Positions 34,273 through 48,019 of a stretch of DNA of 64,000 nucleotides are shown here, one piece after another. The position numbers and the translations under genes are program-made. The DNA comes from Myxococcota bacterium. GTDB lineage: Bacteria; Myxococcota_A; UBA9160; UBA6930. The stretch is taken from NCBI GenBank assembly GCA_965223415.1, contig OZ245002.1, forward strand, positions 224,001-288,000, written 5' to 3'. Under the pieces are notes generated by a model, which was not told the DNA's origin, did not search any database, and was given only the letters and a program-made list of their open reading frames with translations. How positions within the stretch are numbered: the stretch's first letter is position 1; the number at the start of each line of letters is the position of its first letter.

Positions 34273-35065
34273 AGCCGTGGATGGGGCCGTGGGCGCTGCC
34301 GGAGAGGAACTGACGGACGACTTCGTTCGGGGAGTTCTTCATCTCTTCGGGGCTGCCGCTCTCGATCATCTCGCCCTGGTAGAGCATGGCCATGTGGTCG
34401 GCGATCTTGAAGGCGGCGCCGATGTCGTGGGTGATGCAGACGACGGTGACACCGAGGCGGTCGCGCATCTGCAGGATCAGCTCGTTGATGGTGTCGGCCA
34501 TGATCGGGTCGAGGCCGGTGGTGGGCTCGTCGACGCAGAGCAGCCGCGGATGGTGGGCGATGGCCCGGGCCAGGGCCACCCGCTTGCGCATCCCGCCGGA
34601 GAGCTGGGCGGGGTAGAGCCCTTCGACGTTCTTGAGGCCGACCATCAGCAGGTTCTCCCGCACCACGTCGCGGATCTCGGCGCTGCCCCAGCCGCGGGTG
34701 TAGCGGAGGGCGAAGCCGACGTTCTCCTCCACCGTCATCGAGTCGAAGAGAGCGCCGAACTGGAAGAGCATGCCCACCTGCATCATCAGGTCCCGGGCCT
34801 CGAGCCGGCCGAGCCCGCTCACCTCGCGGCCCAGCAGGCGCACCGAGCCCGCCTCGTAGGACTCGAGGCCCAGCAGGATGCGCAACATCGTAGACTTCCC
34901 GCTGCCGCTGCCCCCGACCACCACGGTCACCTCCCCGGGGCGGGCGGCCAGGTCCACACCCTTCAACACCGGTCGATCGTCGAAGGACTTGTACACGCCC
35001 TCCAGGACGGCCATCTCGCCGGCGGGGTCGAAGTGGGGAGTGGGAGGCGCGGGGGACGAAGCCAC
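34271..35065 (-). CDS. ABC transporter ATP-binding protein (MlaF/Mkl-like)
   Basis: GGSGSGKS, FQFGALFDSMTV, LSGGMRKRVALARA, DEPTTGLDP. Confidence 0.92.
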   Translation of the reverse strand: MASSPAPPTPHFDPAGEMAVLEGVYKSFDDRPVLKGVDLAARPGEVTVVVGGSGSGKSTMLRILLGLESYEAGSVRLLGREVSGLGRLEARDLMMQVGMLFQFGALFDSMTVEENVGFALRYTRGWGSAEIRDVVRENLLMVGLKNVEGLYPAQLSGGMRKRVALARAIAHHPRLLCVDEPTTGLDPIMADTINELILQMRDRLGVTVVCITHDIGAAFKIADHMAMLYQGEMIESGSPEEMKNSPNEVVRQFLSGSAHGPIHG

Positions 35066-35144
35066 GGAGGCAGATTAGCAGCCGACTTCACCGCGGGAGG
35101 GGCGAACGCCTGGGGGATTGCATACGTTCGCGCATGAACCCGCG

Positions 35145-35357
35145 ATGCAGACCCCCCTCGAGATCCAGGTGAACGGAGAGCCGGTCGAGGTCGCCGCCGG
35201 CGCCACGCTGGCGGACCTGATCGAGCAGCTGACTCTCGGCGGACGCAAGATCGCCGTGGCGGTGAATCGGGCGGTGGTTCCGCGATCGCGCTTCCCGGAG
35301 CATCGCATCGCAGCGGCCGACCGGGTCGAGATCCTCGAAGCGGTCGGCGGAGGCTAA
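35145..35357 (+). CDS. thiS: Sulfur carrier protein ThiS
   Basis: IQVNGE...AVAVN...EILEAVGGG with C-terminal GG. Confidence 0.95.
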   Translation: MQTPLEIQVNGEPVEVAAGATLADLIEQLTLGGRKIAVAVNRAVVPRSRFPEHRIAAADRVEILEAVGGG

Positions 35358-35361
35358 CAGG

Positions 35362-36135
35362 ATGGGCGAGCCCTACACCCTCGGCAGCCACACGTTCCAC
35401 TCCCGACTCATCGTCGGGAGCGGCAAGTACGACTCGTTCCAGACCCAGCTCGATGCCACCGTCGCGAGCGGTGCCGAGATGATCACCGTGGCCCTGCGCC
35501 GGGTCGACCTCTCGGCGCCGAAGGGCGAGAACCTGCTCTCCTACGTTCCGGAGGGCACGACCATCCTCCCGAACACGGCGGGCTGCTTCAACGTCGAGGA
35601 CGCGGTGACGACGGCTCAGCTGGGCCGCGAGCTGCTCGGGCACGGGCTGGTGAAGCTCGAGGTCATCGGCGACGAGCGCACCCTGTTCCCGGACGTGGCC
35701 GCTACCCTCGAGGCTGCGAAGATCCTGGTCGACGACGGCTTCGAGGTGCTGCCCTACATCACCGACGACCCGGTCGCGTGCCAGCGCCTCGAGGCCATCG
35801 GTTGCGTGGCCGTGATGCCGCTGGCGGCGCCGATCGGCTCGGGCCTCGGCATCCGCAACCCGGCCAATCTGCGCATCATCCTCGAGACCGTCGAGGTGCC
35901 GGTCGTGGTCGACGCGGGCGTCGGGACGGCGAGCGATGCGGCGTTGGCGATGGAGCTCGGCAGCACCGCGATCCTGATGAACACGGCCATCGCTGGCGCC
36001 AAGGAGCCGGTGCAGATGGCGACCGCGATGCGCCTCGCCGTGGAGGCGGGGCGGCTGGCCTACGAGTCCGGGCGCATCCCGCGGCGGCTCTACGCGAGTG
36101 CGTCGAGTCCCCTCGACGGCCTCGCCAGCTTCTGA
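35362..36135 (+). CDS. thiG: Thiazole synthase
   Basis: [36 protein letters not shown]. Confidence 0.98.
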   Translation: MGEPYTLGSHTFHSRLIVGSGKYDSFQTQLDATVASGAEMITVALRRVDLSAPKGENLLSYVPEGTTILPNTAGCFNVEDAVTTAQLGRELLGHGLVKLEVIGDERTLFPDVAATLEAAKILVDDGFEVLPYITDDPVACQRLEAIGCVAVMPLAAPIGSGLGIRNPANLRIILETVEVPVVVDAGVGTASDAALAMELGSTAILMNTAIAGAKEPVQMATAMRLAVEAGRLAYESGRIPRRLYASASSPLDGLASF

Positions 36136-36141
36136 GGCGCG

Positions 36142-36738
36142 ATGGACCGACCGATCCTGTGTCTGGTCGCCGACGCGGCCGCCGGGCCCGCCGTCGCCGC
36201 GGCCGTGCGCGGCGGCGCGGACTGGGTCCAGCTGCGGGACCGGAGCCTCGCGGGCGGCGAGCTGTTGGCGACCCTCGACGCCTGGCGGGCCGCGTGCGCT
36301 GACGCCCCGGTGCGCTGGCTCGTGAACCGCCGGGTCGACGTCGCCCTGGCCGGCGACGCCGATGGCGTGCACCTGGGCTTCGACGGGATGCCTGGTGCCG
36401 ACGCCCGGGTGCTCCTCGGCGCGGGGCCGATGATCGGTACGGCCTGCCACGCGCCCGAGGAGGTCGCCGCAGCGGACGCGGAGCTCGGCTACGTGCACCT
36501 GGCGCCGATTCACCCGCCCCTCTCGAAGGCGGCGGGGCGCCCCGCCCTCGGCCTCGGCGTGCTCGAGCGCGCGGCAGGGTCCGGCCCGCCGGTGCTCGCC
36601 CAGGGCGGCGTCACGGCGGGCAACGCGCGGGCGTGCATCGAGGCCGGCGCCGCCGGCGTGGCCGTGACCGGCGAGGTGTTGGGCGCCGCGGATCCGGAGC
36701 GCGCGACGCGCGCCCTGCGCGAGGCGCTCGACCGGTGA
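36142..36738 (+). CDS. Thiamine phosphate synthase / TenI family
   Basis: VQLRD, VN.R.DVA, GVHLG, LAQGGV; could be thiE or tenI. Confidence 0.85.
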   Translation: MDRPILCLVADAAAGPAVAAAVRGGADWVQLRDRSLAGGELLATLDAWRAACADAPVRWLVNRRVDVALAGDADGVHLGFDGMPGADARVLLGAGPMIGTACHAPEEVAAADAELGYVHLAPIHPPLSKAAGRPALGLGVLERAAGSGPPVLAQGGVTAGNARACIEAGAAGVAVTGEVLGAADPERATRALREALDR

Positions 36739-38108
36739 GGATCTTCCGACCGACGGCGGGGGCCCTCTTCGTCGGCCTGCTGGCGGCCACAGCCGCCGGC
36801 GAGCCGGAGGCTCCCTCCGCCCGAAAGGTGTCGCTCGAGGAGCGCATCGTCGCCGTCTCCCAAGCGGTGACGCCCTCCGTCGTGCACATCAACGCGGTGG
36901 TTCGGGTGAACGACCGCCGCAACGAGGTCACAGGCTCGGGCCTGATCGCCCGGGCCGACGGGCTCGTGCTCACGAACCAGCACGTGGTCGACAAGGCGGT
37001 CAAGGTGGAGGTGACCGTCCCGGGCCGGAAGCGTCCCTACCCGGCGGAGATCGTCGGGACCGACCGCCAGACCGACGTCGCCGTGCTGCGCATCCGAGCC
37101 GACCGCCCGCTCCCCGCCGCCAACTTCGGCGACGTCGCCACGGTGCGCGTCGGCCAGTGGGTGCTGGCGATCGGCAACCCCTACGGCCTGGAGGGCACGG
37201 TCTCCCTCGGCATCGTCTCCGCCAAGGGCCGCAACCTGGAGGTGCCCGGCCTCCTGAACGACTTCATCCAGACCGATGCGATGATCGACCGCGGCTCCTC
37301 CGGCGGCCCCCTGGTCGATCTCGAAGGCCGCGTGGTCGGCCTCAACTCCCGGGGGCAGGGCCGCGGCATCGGCTTCACCATTCCCGTGGACACGGTCCTC
37401 GACGTGATGGCGGAGCTCGAGGGCGGCGGCGTCGAGCGCGGCTGGCTCGGCACCTCGATCCAGCCCCTGTCCCGCGAGCTGGCCAGCTACCTCGGCGTGC
37501 CCGACGCCACCGGCGTGATCGTGAACGGCGTCTCCGAAGGCTCGCCGGCGGCCGACGCCGGCCTGCGTCCCGGCGACCTCCTCACCACCTTCGGAGACCA
37601 CGACGTGGACGCCGAGAAGGACGAGAACCTGGGCGCCTTCCAGCGCCGGGTCGCCGGCACGGCGCCGGGCAGCAACGTCCGCCTGCAGGTGCTGCGCGAG
37701 GGTCGCTTCCGCGAGGTGGAGGTGACCATCGGCACCCAGCCCAAGGTCGAGCCCGAGGAGGAGGAGAGCGACCTGGGCTTCCACGTGCAGGAGATCACCG
37801 AGGGTCTCTTCCGGAGCGAGCGCCTGCCGGTGCGGGACGGGGTGTTCGTGTCCTTCGTCGCGCGGGGCTCACCGGCCGGCCGAGCCGGGCTCTTCACGGG
37901 CGACGTCGTGGTCGGCGTCGACAGCCTGCCGGTGGCCGGGCTCGACGACTTCCGCCGCGCCGTCGCCCGGGCAGAGGACCAGCGCCGGGTGCTGCTCCGC
38001 GCGCGTCGCGGCGAAGACCTCCGATTCCTCCTCCTCGACCGCGGCGCGCCGACCGCCGCTCCCGGCGAGACCCCCGACGACGCCGACCCGGACCCGGTCG
38101 CCCACTGA
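36735..38108 (+). CDS. HtrA/DegP-family serine protease with PDZ domains
   Basis: TNQHVV, TDVA, QTDAMIDRGSSGGPL; two PDZ-like domains. Confidence 0.92.
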   Translation: MRIFRPTAGALFVGLLAATAAGEPEAPSARKVSLEERIVAVSQAVTPSVVHINAVVRVNDRRNEVTGSGLIARADGLVLTNQHVVDKAVKVEVTVPGRKRPYPAEIVGTDRQTDVAVLRIRADRPLPAANFGDVATVRVGQWVLAIGNPYGLEGTVSLGIVSAKGRNLEVPGLLNDFIQTDAMIDRGSSGGPLVDLEGRVVGLNSRGQGRGIGFTIPVDTVLDVMAELEGGGVERGWLGTSIQPLSRELASYLGVPDATGVIVNGVSEGSPAADAGLRPGDLLTTFGDHDVDAEKDENLGAFQRRVAGTAPGSNVRLQVLREGRFREVEVTIGTQPKVEPEEEESDLGFHVQEITEGLFRSERLPVRDGVFVSFVARGSPAGRAGLFTGDVVVGVDSLPVAGLDDFRRAVARAEDQRRVLLRARRGEDLRFLLLDRGAPTAAPGETPDDADPDPVAH

Positions 38109-38320
38109 GCGCCGGCCACCCGGCGCCGAAGCCTGCCGGTGGCGACGTGGGCCGTTCCGGTCGCGGTTCCCATCCGCAGGTGGGGCGAACCCGCGAGGAC
38201 GTCCCCGTTTCCCCTCACGCTTGACTCGCATACGACAACAATCGGCTTGACGCGAGCCCGAAAGCCGCAAAGACTCGCCCTATCCCAATCCACCACGAAC
38301 CTCCCGAAGGAGACAGCGGC

Positions 38321-38569
38321 GTGGAATTCTTGCTCATGCTCTTGACCGGCCTCGTGATCGGCGCCGTCGCCAAATTCCTGATGCCGGGGGAGGATCCCGG
38401 CGGCTTCATCATCACCACCCTTCTCGGCATCGCCGGCGCCTTCGTCGGGGGCTTCGCCGCCGTGGCGGTCGGCCTCGGGGCGATGGGCAGCATCGGCAGC
38501 TTCATCGCGGCGGTCGCCGGCGCGATGTTGCTCCTGGCGGGCTATCGCTTCATCCGCAGCCGGGGCTGA
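38321..38569 (+). CDS. GlsB/YeaQ/YmgE stress-response membrane protein
   Basis: [14 protein letters not shown]...LGIAGA.VGG; RBS aggag. Confidence 0.9.
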   Translation: MEFLLMLLTGLVIGAVAKFLMPGEDPGGFIITTLLGIAGAFVGGFAAVAVGLGAMGSIGSFIAAVAGAMLLLAGYRFIRSRG

Positions 38570-38571
38570 GC

Positions 38572-39267
38572 GTGGGCCGTGGCCTCGCCGAGGCCGTCGG
38601 CACCTTCTGGCTCGTGTTCGCCGGGTGCGGGAGTGCGGTGCTGGCGGCCGGGCAGCCGGACGTCGGCATCGGCTGGCTGGGGGTCTCGCTCGCCTTCGGG
38701 CTCAGCGTCGTCACCATGGCCTACGCCGTGGGCCACGTGTCGGGCGCCCACCTGAATCCCGCGGTGACGCTGGGGCTGGTGGTCGGTGGGAGGGTGCCGG
38801 GCCGCGATCTCATGAGCTACGTCCCTGCCCAGCTGATCGGCGCCGTCGCTGCCTCTGCGGTCCTGTACCTGATTGCGAGCGGAAGCGAGAGCTTCGATCT
38901 GGCCGCGGGCTTCGCGGCCAACGGCTACGGAGACCACTCGCCCGCGGGCTACTCGGCCCTCTCGGGTTTCGTCGCGGAGTTCGTCCTCACCGCGATCTTC
39001 CTCGTCGTGATCCTGGGAGCCACCGATCCGCGGGCGCCGGCCGGCATGGCGCCCCTGGCGATCGGCCTCGCCCTGACCTTGATCCACCTGGTCGGCATCC
39101 CGGTCACGAACACCTCGGTCAACCCGGCGCGCAGCACTGGGCCGGCGCTCTTCGTCGGTGGCTGGGCGCTCGCTCAGCTCTGGATGTTCTGGGTCGCGCC
39201 GCTACTCGGCGCGACCATCGGCGCGCTCCTGTACCGGCAGGTCGCCGGCGAGCCCGGCCCGGAGTAG
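38572..39267 (+). CDS. aqpZ: Aquaporin Z
   Basis: Two NPA motifs; [29 protein letters not shown]. Confidence 0.96.
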   Translation: MGRGLAEAVGTFWLVFAGCGSAVLAAGQPDVGIGWLGVSLAFGLSVVTMAYAVGHVSGAHLNPAVTLGLVVGGRVPGRDLMSYVPAQLIGAVAASAVLYLIASGSESFDLAAGFAANGYGDHSPAGYSALSGFVAEFVLTAIFLVVILGATDPRAPAGMAPLAIGLALTLIHLVGIPVTNTSVNPARSTGPALFVGGWALAQLWMFWVAPLLGATIGALLYRQVAGEPGPE

Positions 39268-39269
39268 CT

Positions 39270-39402
39270 GCGCCGGCGAGCCCGCCGCCCGGCCGCGGAC
39301 GAGCCCCAGAGCGACGGCAATGGAGGTGGAGGTACCGGGCTCCGGCACCGCCGGGATCGTCGTTGGCACGAACTGGACAGCGTCGACGCTGGCTCGGGCG
39401 AC
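39270..39402 (-). pseudogene. Orphan C-terminal remnant of a PEP-CTERM-type gene
   Basis: Minus strand reads ...DAVQFVPTTIPAVPEPGTSTSIAVALGLV, then after a 1-nt shift [10 protein letters not shown]; no start or N-terminal domain. Confidence 0.5.
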
Positions 39403-39427
39403 CCTAGGCCGACCTCGCGGAACACCG

Positions 39428-40574
39428 CTAGGCGTCGCCGGCTCCGGAGGCCGGCAGGAGGCGGGTCAGGGCAAGCCGGCGACCGGTTTCGGCTCGGTAC
39501 CCGCCCGCCAGGTCGGCGGCCACTTCCGCGGCGGAAGCGGGTCGCACGAGGTGGAGGGTGCAGCCGCCCCAGCCGGCGCCGGTGAGTCGAGAGCCGTAGA
39601 CGGCGTCGTGGGCGTCGCCCAGACGACACAGGAGATCGATCTCGGGGAGGCTGGCGTCGTAGTCCTCTCGAAGACTGGCCTGGCCCTCGCGCAGGAGCTC
39701 GCCGACCTGAGCCAGCTCGCCCCCCGCCAGGGCGGCGCAGACCGCATCGACTCGCGCGTTCTCCCGCACGACGTGGCGGGCGCGGCGGAACACGACCTCG
39801 GGGACGAGGGGCGCCAGCTCGCGCAGCGCGTCGCTTCCGAGATCGCGCAGGGCGGTGGCGCCAGGCGCGACGAGGCCCGCCTGCTTCGCCGCCGCGAACG
39901 CCGCGCGGCACTCGGCCACGCGCTCGGCGTAGCCCGCCTCGGCCAGGCGGCGCTCCACACCCGAGTGGGCGACGAGCAAGGCGACGGGCGGCACCGGGAG
40001 CCAGGTCACGCTGCGATCTCGGCAGTCGATCCGCAGCACGTGGTCCGCGCGGCCGAGGGCGCTCGCGAAAGGATCGAGGATGCCGCAGCCGATTCCGACG
40101 AAGTCACTCTCGCCCGCGTGGGCCGCGAGGGCGAGCTCCCGCGGCGCCAGGCCGAGCTCGAACACCCGGTCGAACGCAAGGGCTGCGGCCACGCCCAAGG
40201 CGGCCGAACTGCTGAGACCCGCCGCCGGCGGCACCCGGCTCGCAATCCAGAGCTCGGCCCCCCCCGAGCGACCCGAGGGCCCGGGCCACGCCCTGCACGT
40301 AGTCGATCCAGCCGTGCTGTTTCGCGGGTGCCGCGGGATCGAAGGACGCCTCGCCGAAGGCCTCGCTCACCACGCGCACGCGGCCGCCGGGGGCCGTCGC
40401 CGCAGCGACGACGATGTCGCGATCGACGGCGCAAGGCAGCACCAGGCCTTCCTCGTAGTCGGTGTGCTCGCCGATCCAGTTGACCCGCCCGGGCGCGCGA
40501 ACGACGTGGGTCGGTGCCCGACCGAAGACCCGGCGGAATCCCGTCTCGCCGATCTCTCTCGGGTGCCGTTCCAC
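39428..40574 (-). CDS. galK: Galactokinase, frameshifted at a C8 run (40258-40265)
   Basis: [14 protein letters not shown] in one frame; [23 protein letters not shown] in another. Confidence 0.9.
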
Positions 40575-40591
40575 TGCTAGCCTCCGCGCCC

Positions 40592-41926
40592 GTGACCCTA
40601 GCCCGACCGCCCGTCCTCCTCGCCCTCGGCGCCCTCCTCGCCGTGCCCGCCGGCGCCGACGATCCGTTCCTGCGCCGCACCGCCACCGTCGAGGCGGTCG
40701 AGAGGGTGGGGCCTTCGGTCGTGAACATCACCACCGAGCAGGTGGCCCGCCGGCGACGCTCCCCCTTCCGGGGCGATCCGTTCTTCGATCGCTTCTTCCG
40801 CGACTTCTTCGAACCGCGGCTGCGGCAGCGAGCCCAGAGCCTAGGCTCCGGCGTCGTGATCGACGATTCGGGCCACGTGCTCACGAACGAGCACGTGATC
40901 GCCCGTGCCGACCTGATCCGCGTCACCCTGGCCGACGGCCGGGAGTTCGAGGCGGAGCTGGTCGGGGCGGATCCAAACAACGACCTGGCGGTCCTGCGCC
41001 TCAAGACCAAGGAGGAGCTCCCGTGGATCGCCCCCGGGAGCTCCGGTGACCTGATGGTCGGCGAGCCGGTCATCGCCATCGGCAACCCCTTCGGCCTCTC
41101 CAACACGGTCACCACCGGCGTCGTCTCGGCCCTGAACCGCTCCCTGCGGACCGACGACCGCACCTACCACGGCTTCCTCCAGACCGATGCGTCGATCAAC
41201 CCGGGCAACTCGGGCGGCCCGCTCCTGAACGCGAGCGGCCAGCTCATCGGCGTGAACACGGCCATCTACGGTGGCGGCGCCCAGGGCATCGGCTTCGCCA
41301 TCCCGATCGACGTGGCCAAGCGCATCGTGGCCGAGCTGATCAGCAAGGGCGAGGTGGTGCCCGTCTGGCTCGGCCTCGACCTCCAGGATCTCGACCCGAG
41401 CCTCTCGGAGCTGCTCGGCCTGCCCCCGCGGCTGCGCGGCGCCGTGGTGAGCCGGGTGCGCGGCGACGGCCCGAGCGCCGACCGCGACCTGGCCCGGAGC
41501 GACGTCATCACCCACGTGGACGCCTCCGCCGTGGGATCCGCCCGCGAGCTCTACGAGATCGTGGGGCGCAGCACGCCCGGGCAGGTCCACCAGCTCACGG
41601 TCCGTCGGGGCGGGGCCGAGCACCGGGTCGAGACCCGCGCCCGGGAGGTGCCTGCGGAGACCGTCGTGGCCCTCGCCGAGCAGCTCCTCGGCCTCGGGCT
41701 CGAGCCGGCGGAGGGGTACTACCGGGTGACCGGCGTCCGGGAGGGGAGCGGCGCGGATCGGGTCGGCTTCGAGGCCGGCGACCGGGTGCTCGGGATCGGC
41801 GGCCGAACCCTCCCGGACGGGGGTGCCCTGCGCCGCGCGGTAATGGACCTGCGGGGCCGCGCCCGGGCGCAGGTCGTGGTTGTCCGCGGCCAGCGCCGAT
41901 ACCATGTGAACGTTCCGCTTTCCTGA
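40592..41926 (+). CDS. HtrA/DegQ-family serine protease
   Basis: [28 protein letters not shown] domains. Confidence 0.94.
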   Translation: MTLARPPVLLALGALLAVPAGADDPFLRRTATVEAVERVGPSVVNITTEQVARRRRSPFRGDPFFDRFFRDFFEPRLRQRAQSLGSGVVIDDSGHVLTNEHVIARADLIRVTLADGREFEAELVGADPNNDLAVLRLKTKEELPWIAPGSSGDLMVGEPVIAIGNPFGLSNTVTTGVVSALNRSLRTDDRTYHGFLQTDASINPGNSGGPLLNASGQLIGVNTAIYGGGAQGIGFAIPIDVAKRIVAELISKGEVVPVWLGLDLQDLDPSLSELLGLPPRLRGAVVSRVRGDGPSADRDLARSDVITHVDASAVGSARELYEIVGRSTPGQVHQLTVRRGGAEHRVETRAREVPAETVVALAEQLLGLGLEPAEGYYRVTGVREGSGADRVGFEAGDRVLGIGGRTLPDGGALRRAVMDLRGRARAQVVVVRGQRRYHVNVPLS

Positions 41927-41955
41927 GGACCTGGGCGCCGAACCTGCGCTCGCGT

Positions 41956-41981
41956 GGAACCCCGACGCCCCGAGCGGCGTC
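41956..41981 (+). promoter_or_regulatory. Possible ECF (sigmaE-type) promoter upstream of the degP-like gene
   Basis: GGAAC-N17-CGTC ahead of an HtrA gene. Confidence 0.35.
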
Positions 41982-42044
41982 CTACGGACTCGAAGGCCCA
42001 CTCAGGCCCACGGGCGGGCCACCTGCCAGGAGAACCATCGACCC

Positions 42045-43562
42045 ATGCGAACGTCCCGGACCCTTCGATTCCTGTTGTTCGGCGGCGCCGCCGTGGCGCT
42101 GCTGCTCGCCTCGGGCGTCGTCGACATCGACATTCACGTGCGGGACAACGTGGCCCGAGCGGTCGACCTGTTGGAGGCGACGGAGGACGAGCCCGTTCTG
42201 GCCACGCCGGCCCTGTGGAAGGAGGGCTCGGACGACGCGGCCGTGGCGCCTCCCCTCGGCGCGCCGCCCAGCTTCGCCGACCTCGCCGAGCGGGTCTCAC
42301 CAGCGATCGTCAACATTCGCACCAAGAAGACGCTCGGCGACCCGAGCCAGCGCACGCCCCGCAACCCCCTCGAGGAGTTCTTCGGCCTCCAGCCCTTCTT
42401 CCGCGGCCCGCGCCAGGTGCCGAGCCTGGGCACCGGCTTCGTGATCCGGAGCGACGGCTACATCGTCACCAACAACCACGTGATCGAGGACGTCGACAAG
42501 ATCGAGGTCCACTTCAGCGACGAGACCGAGCTCGAGGCCACGGTGATCGGCCGCGACCCCAAGACCGACATCGCCCTCATCAAGGTCGAGCCCAAGGACG
42601 ACCTGCGCGCCCTGCCCTTCGGCGACTCGGACTCCATGCGGCCCGGCGACTGGGTGGTGGCGGTCGGCAACCCGTTCGGACTCGAGCACACGGTCACGGC
42701 CGGCATCGTCTCGGCCAAGCACCGCCAGATCAACCGCGACGAGTCGCGCCGCTTCGACGACTTCATCCAGACCGACGCGGCCATCAATCCGGGCAACTCC
42801 GGGGGGCCGCTGCTCAACCTGAAGGGCGAGGTCGTCGGCATCAACACGGCGATCAACCCCCAGGCGAACACCATCGGATTCGCCGTGCCCATCAATCTGG
42901 CCAAGGCGATCCTGCCACAGCTCGAGACCCGGGGAAGGGTGTCCCGCGGCTACCTGGGCGTGATGATCCAGGCGATCGACGCGGACAAGCAGGAACTGCT
43001 CGATCTCGAGAGCCGCGCGGGGGCGCTGGTGGGCAAGGTCGAGCCGGGCAGCCCGGCGGAGGAGGCCGGGATCCAGCGCTACGACGTGATCGTCGAGTTC
43101 AACAACGCCCCGGTCGCCAGCATGGAGGAGCTGCCGAAGCTCGTCGCTGCCACGCCGGTCGGCAGCGAGGCCGAGGTGGTCGTGATCCGCGACGGCAAGC
43201 GGAAGACCCTCGAGGTGGAGCTGGCGGAGCTCGACCCGACCGAGGTGGCCGACGCCGGCACGAGCAGTGACGAGGACGCCGGTACCTACGGTCTGGCCGT
43301 CCAGCCCATGACCCCGGAGATCGCCCAGCAGCTCGGGATGGGCGACGAGGCCGTGGGCGTGGTCGTGCGCTCGGTCGAACCGGCCAGCCCCGCCGAGGAG
43401 GCGGGCCTGCGCCGCGGCGACGTGATCGTCGAGGTGAACCGCCATCGGGTCGACGGCGTCTCCGAGTTCCGCGACCGCATCGGCGAGAAGGAGGCCGGCG
43501 CGATCCTGGTCGTGCGCCGGGGCGACTCGGAGCAGCTGGTGGCGCTCAAGCCCGCGGGCTGA
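42045..43562 (+). CDS. Do/DegP family serine endopeptidase
   Basis: [25 protein letters not shown]; two PDZ domains; RBS aggag. Confidence 0.96.
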   Translation: MRTSRTLRFLLFGGAAVALLLASGVVDIDIHVRDNVARAVDLLEATEDEPVLATPALWKEGSDDAAVAPPLGAPPSFADLAERVSPAIVNIRTKKTLGDPSQRTPRNPLEEFFGLQPFFRGPRQVPSLGTGFVIRSDGYIVTNNHVIEDVDKIEVHFSDETELEATVIGRDPKTDIALIKVEPKDDLRALPFGDSDSMRPGDWVVAVGNPFGLEHTVTAGIVSAKHRQINRDESRRFDDFIQTDAAINPGNSGGPLLNLKGEVVGINTAINPQANTIGFAVPINLAKAILPQLETRGRVSRGYLGVMIQAIDADKQELLDLESRAGALVGKVEPGSPAEEAGIQRYDVIVEFNNAPVASMEELPKLVAATPVGSEAEVVVIRDGKRKTLEVELAELDPTEVADAGTSSDEDAGTYGLAVQPMTPEIAQQLGMGDEAVGVVVRSVEPASPAEEAGLRRGDVIVEVNRHRVDGVSEFRDRIGEKEAGAILVVRRGDSEQLVALKPAG

Positions 43563-43581
43563 TCCGCACGGAGAGCCCGTC

Positions 43582-43618
43582 CGAAGCCCCTCCTGGCCCC
43601 TTGCCAGGAGGGGCTTCG
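43582..43618 (+). promoter_or_regulatory. 16-bp perfect hairpin between degP and clpB, overlapping a candidate clpB promoter
   Basis: cgaagcccctcctggc-ccctt-gccaggaggggcttcg; TTGCCA(43601)-N16-TAGGGT(43623). Confidence 0.5.
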
Positions 43619-43634
43619 TGCATAGGGTTCGGCC

Positions 43635-46259
<2,625 letters not shown>

Positions 46260-48019
46260 GTGAGGCCGTAGATGACGCTCTCCCCGGCTGTGAACTTCGA
46301 GGCGAAGGTGCCGGGAGGCGGCGGGAAGTCGAACAGGATGTCGTAGAGCCCGTCGCCGTCCGCCTTGAAGGCGTCGACACCGGTGCTGATGTTCGTGGGA
46401 CCCACGGCGGAGCAAGGTGCTGGTAGAGCTCTCCGTCGAGGAACCCGAGCCGGCGATACCAGGGCCGGGTTCCCACCGCGGAGATCACGCTGAGCCCGGC
46501 GTAGCCCGTGCCCGCGGCGAGCCGGGCCGCCTGCTCCACGAGGCGACCGCCCAGCCCTCCGTGCTGGGCCGCGCCGGCCTTCCGCTCGCCCAGGCCAGTG
46601 CTGGTGCCGTAGACGTGGACCTCCCGCAGCAGGGCGCGGCCGACCAGCTCGGCCAGGCGCGGCTCGCCCTTGGGAAGCGTGAGGCGGGCGAAGCCCGCGA
46701 TCCGCTCCTCGTGCGTCGCCAGCTCGAGGAAGATCTCCTCGCCGACGTCACTCGCATAACGACGCTCGATCAGGCGAACGCGGGACGGGTCGACGGGCCG
46801 CCCGCGCACCTCGCGGCTACGGATCTCCCGGACCACCCTGCCCTCCTCGCGAGCCCGCCGCTCGACGACCTCGCGCAGGTTCGTCTGGCGGTTGCCGGCC
46901 ACGATGTCCGGAGACGGGATGTCGCGGACCACCCGGGTGACCCGACACCAGGGCGGCACCTCCACGAGGCAAGCGGCGAGGAGATCCACCAGCTCGTCGT
47001 GGCCGTAGGGCCGCCACTCGCCCCGCCCGTGGACCTCCATCAGCTCGGCGGTCTCGAGCAGGCTGCACGGGTACAGCTTGAGCTCGTCGGGCCGCAGGGC
47101 CGGGTCGGCGAAGAGCCGCGCGAAGTCCCGGGCGTCCTTCGCCGGCGTCGAGCCGTGCAGGTTCGCCATCCAGTGGGCGTGGATCTTGAAGCCGGCGGCC
47201 CGCAGGCGGCCCATCGCCGCGCGGGAGGTGGCGACGTCGTGGCCCCGGCGGTTGGCGGCGAGCACCTGGTCGTCCAGGCTCTGGAGCCCGAGCTGGACCT
47301 TGGTGGCGCCGAGCCGGCGCAGGCGGAGCACCTCGGCATCGCTCACGTGGTCCGGCCGGGTCTCGAGGGACAGGCCGACGCAGCGGGCTCGTGCGCTCTC
47401 GTTGGCGCGCTGGGCCGCCTCGACCCGGGCCCAGTCCGCCTGCTCCGGCTCCTCCTCGCGAGGCGCCGGGCGCTCGGGATCGAAGCGGTTCAGGGCCTCG
47501 AAGACCCGGGCCACGAACCAGCGCTGGTAGCGCTCCGGGTAGGCCGACCAGGTCCCGCCGAGCACGATCAGCTCCACCTTGTCGGTGCGGTGGCCCATCT
47601 CGTGGTAGGCGCGCAGGCGGTTCCACGCCTGGCGGAGCGGATCGAAGCCGTTGTCCAGGGCGCGCTGGCAGCCCGGCTCGTCAGCCAGGTAGCTCTTCGG
47701 CATCCGCACGTCGTCCGGGCAGAAGAGGCAGCGCCCCGGACACGGGTGCGGCCGGGTCAGCACCGTCACCGGCAGGATCCCGGAGAGCGAGCGGGTCGGA
47801 CAGGTGCGGAGGCGCTCGGCGAAGACGTCCTCCGCCACGGGCCAGCGGGACGCGTCGGCCCGGAAGGCGCGCAGGATCTCCCGCTTGGAAAAGAAGCCGC
47901 GCCCGTCCTTCGGATGCCGGCGCAGGATGGCGTTCAGGGTGCGGGGCGGGATCGGGCCTTCACCGGGCGCGTCGAGGACGTCAGCGATGAGGCCGTGTAG
48001 CGGTAGACTCGCCTGTTCC

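Noticed and set aside
35066..35144. TPP riboswitch upstream of thiS-thiG
   Set aside because: The gap is only ~80 bp, shared with a divergent promoter, and lacks the conserved TPP aptamer motifs
38221..38275. Structured ncRNA in the intergenic region upstream of the GlsB-family gene
   Set aside because: No recognisable RNA family; better explained as a promoter region (TTGACG-N17-AAGACT)
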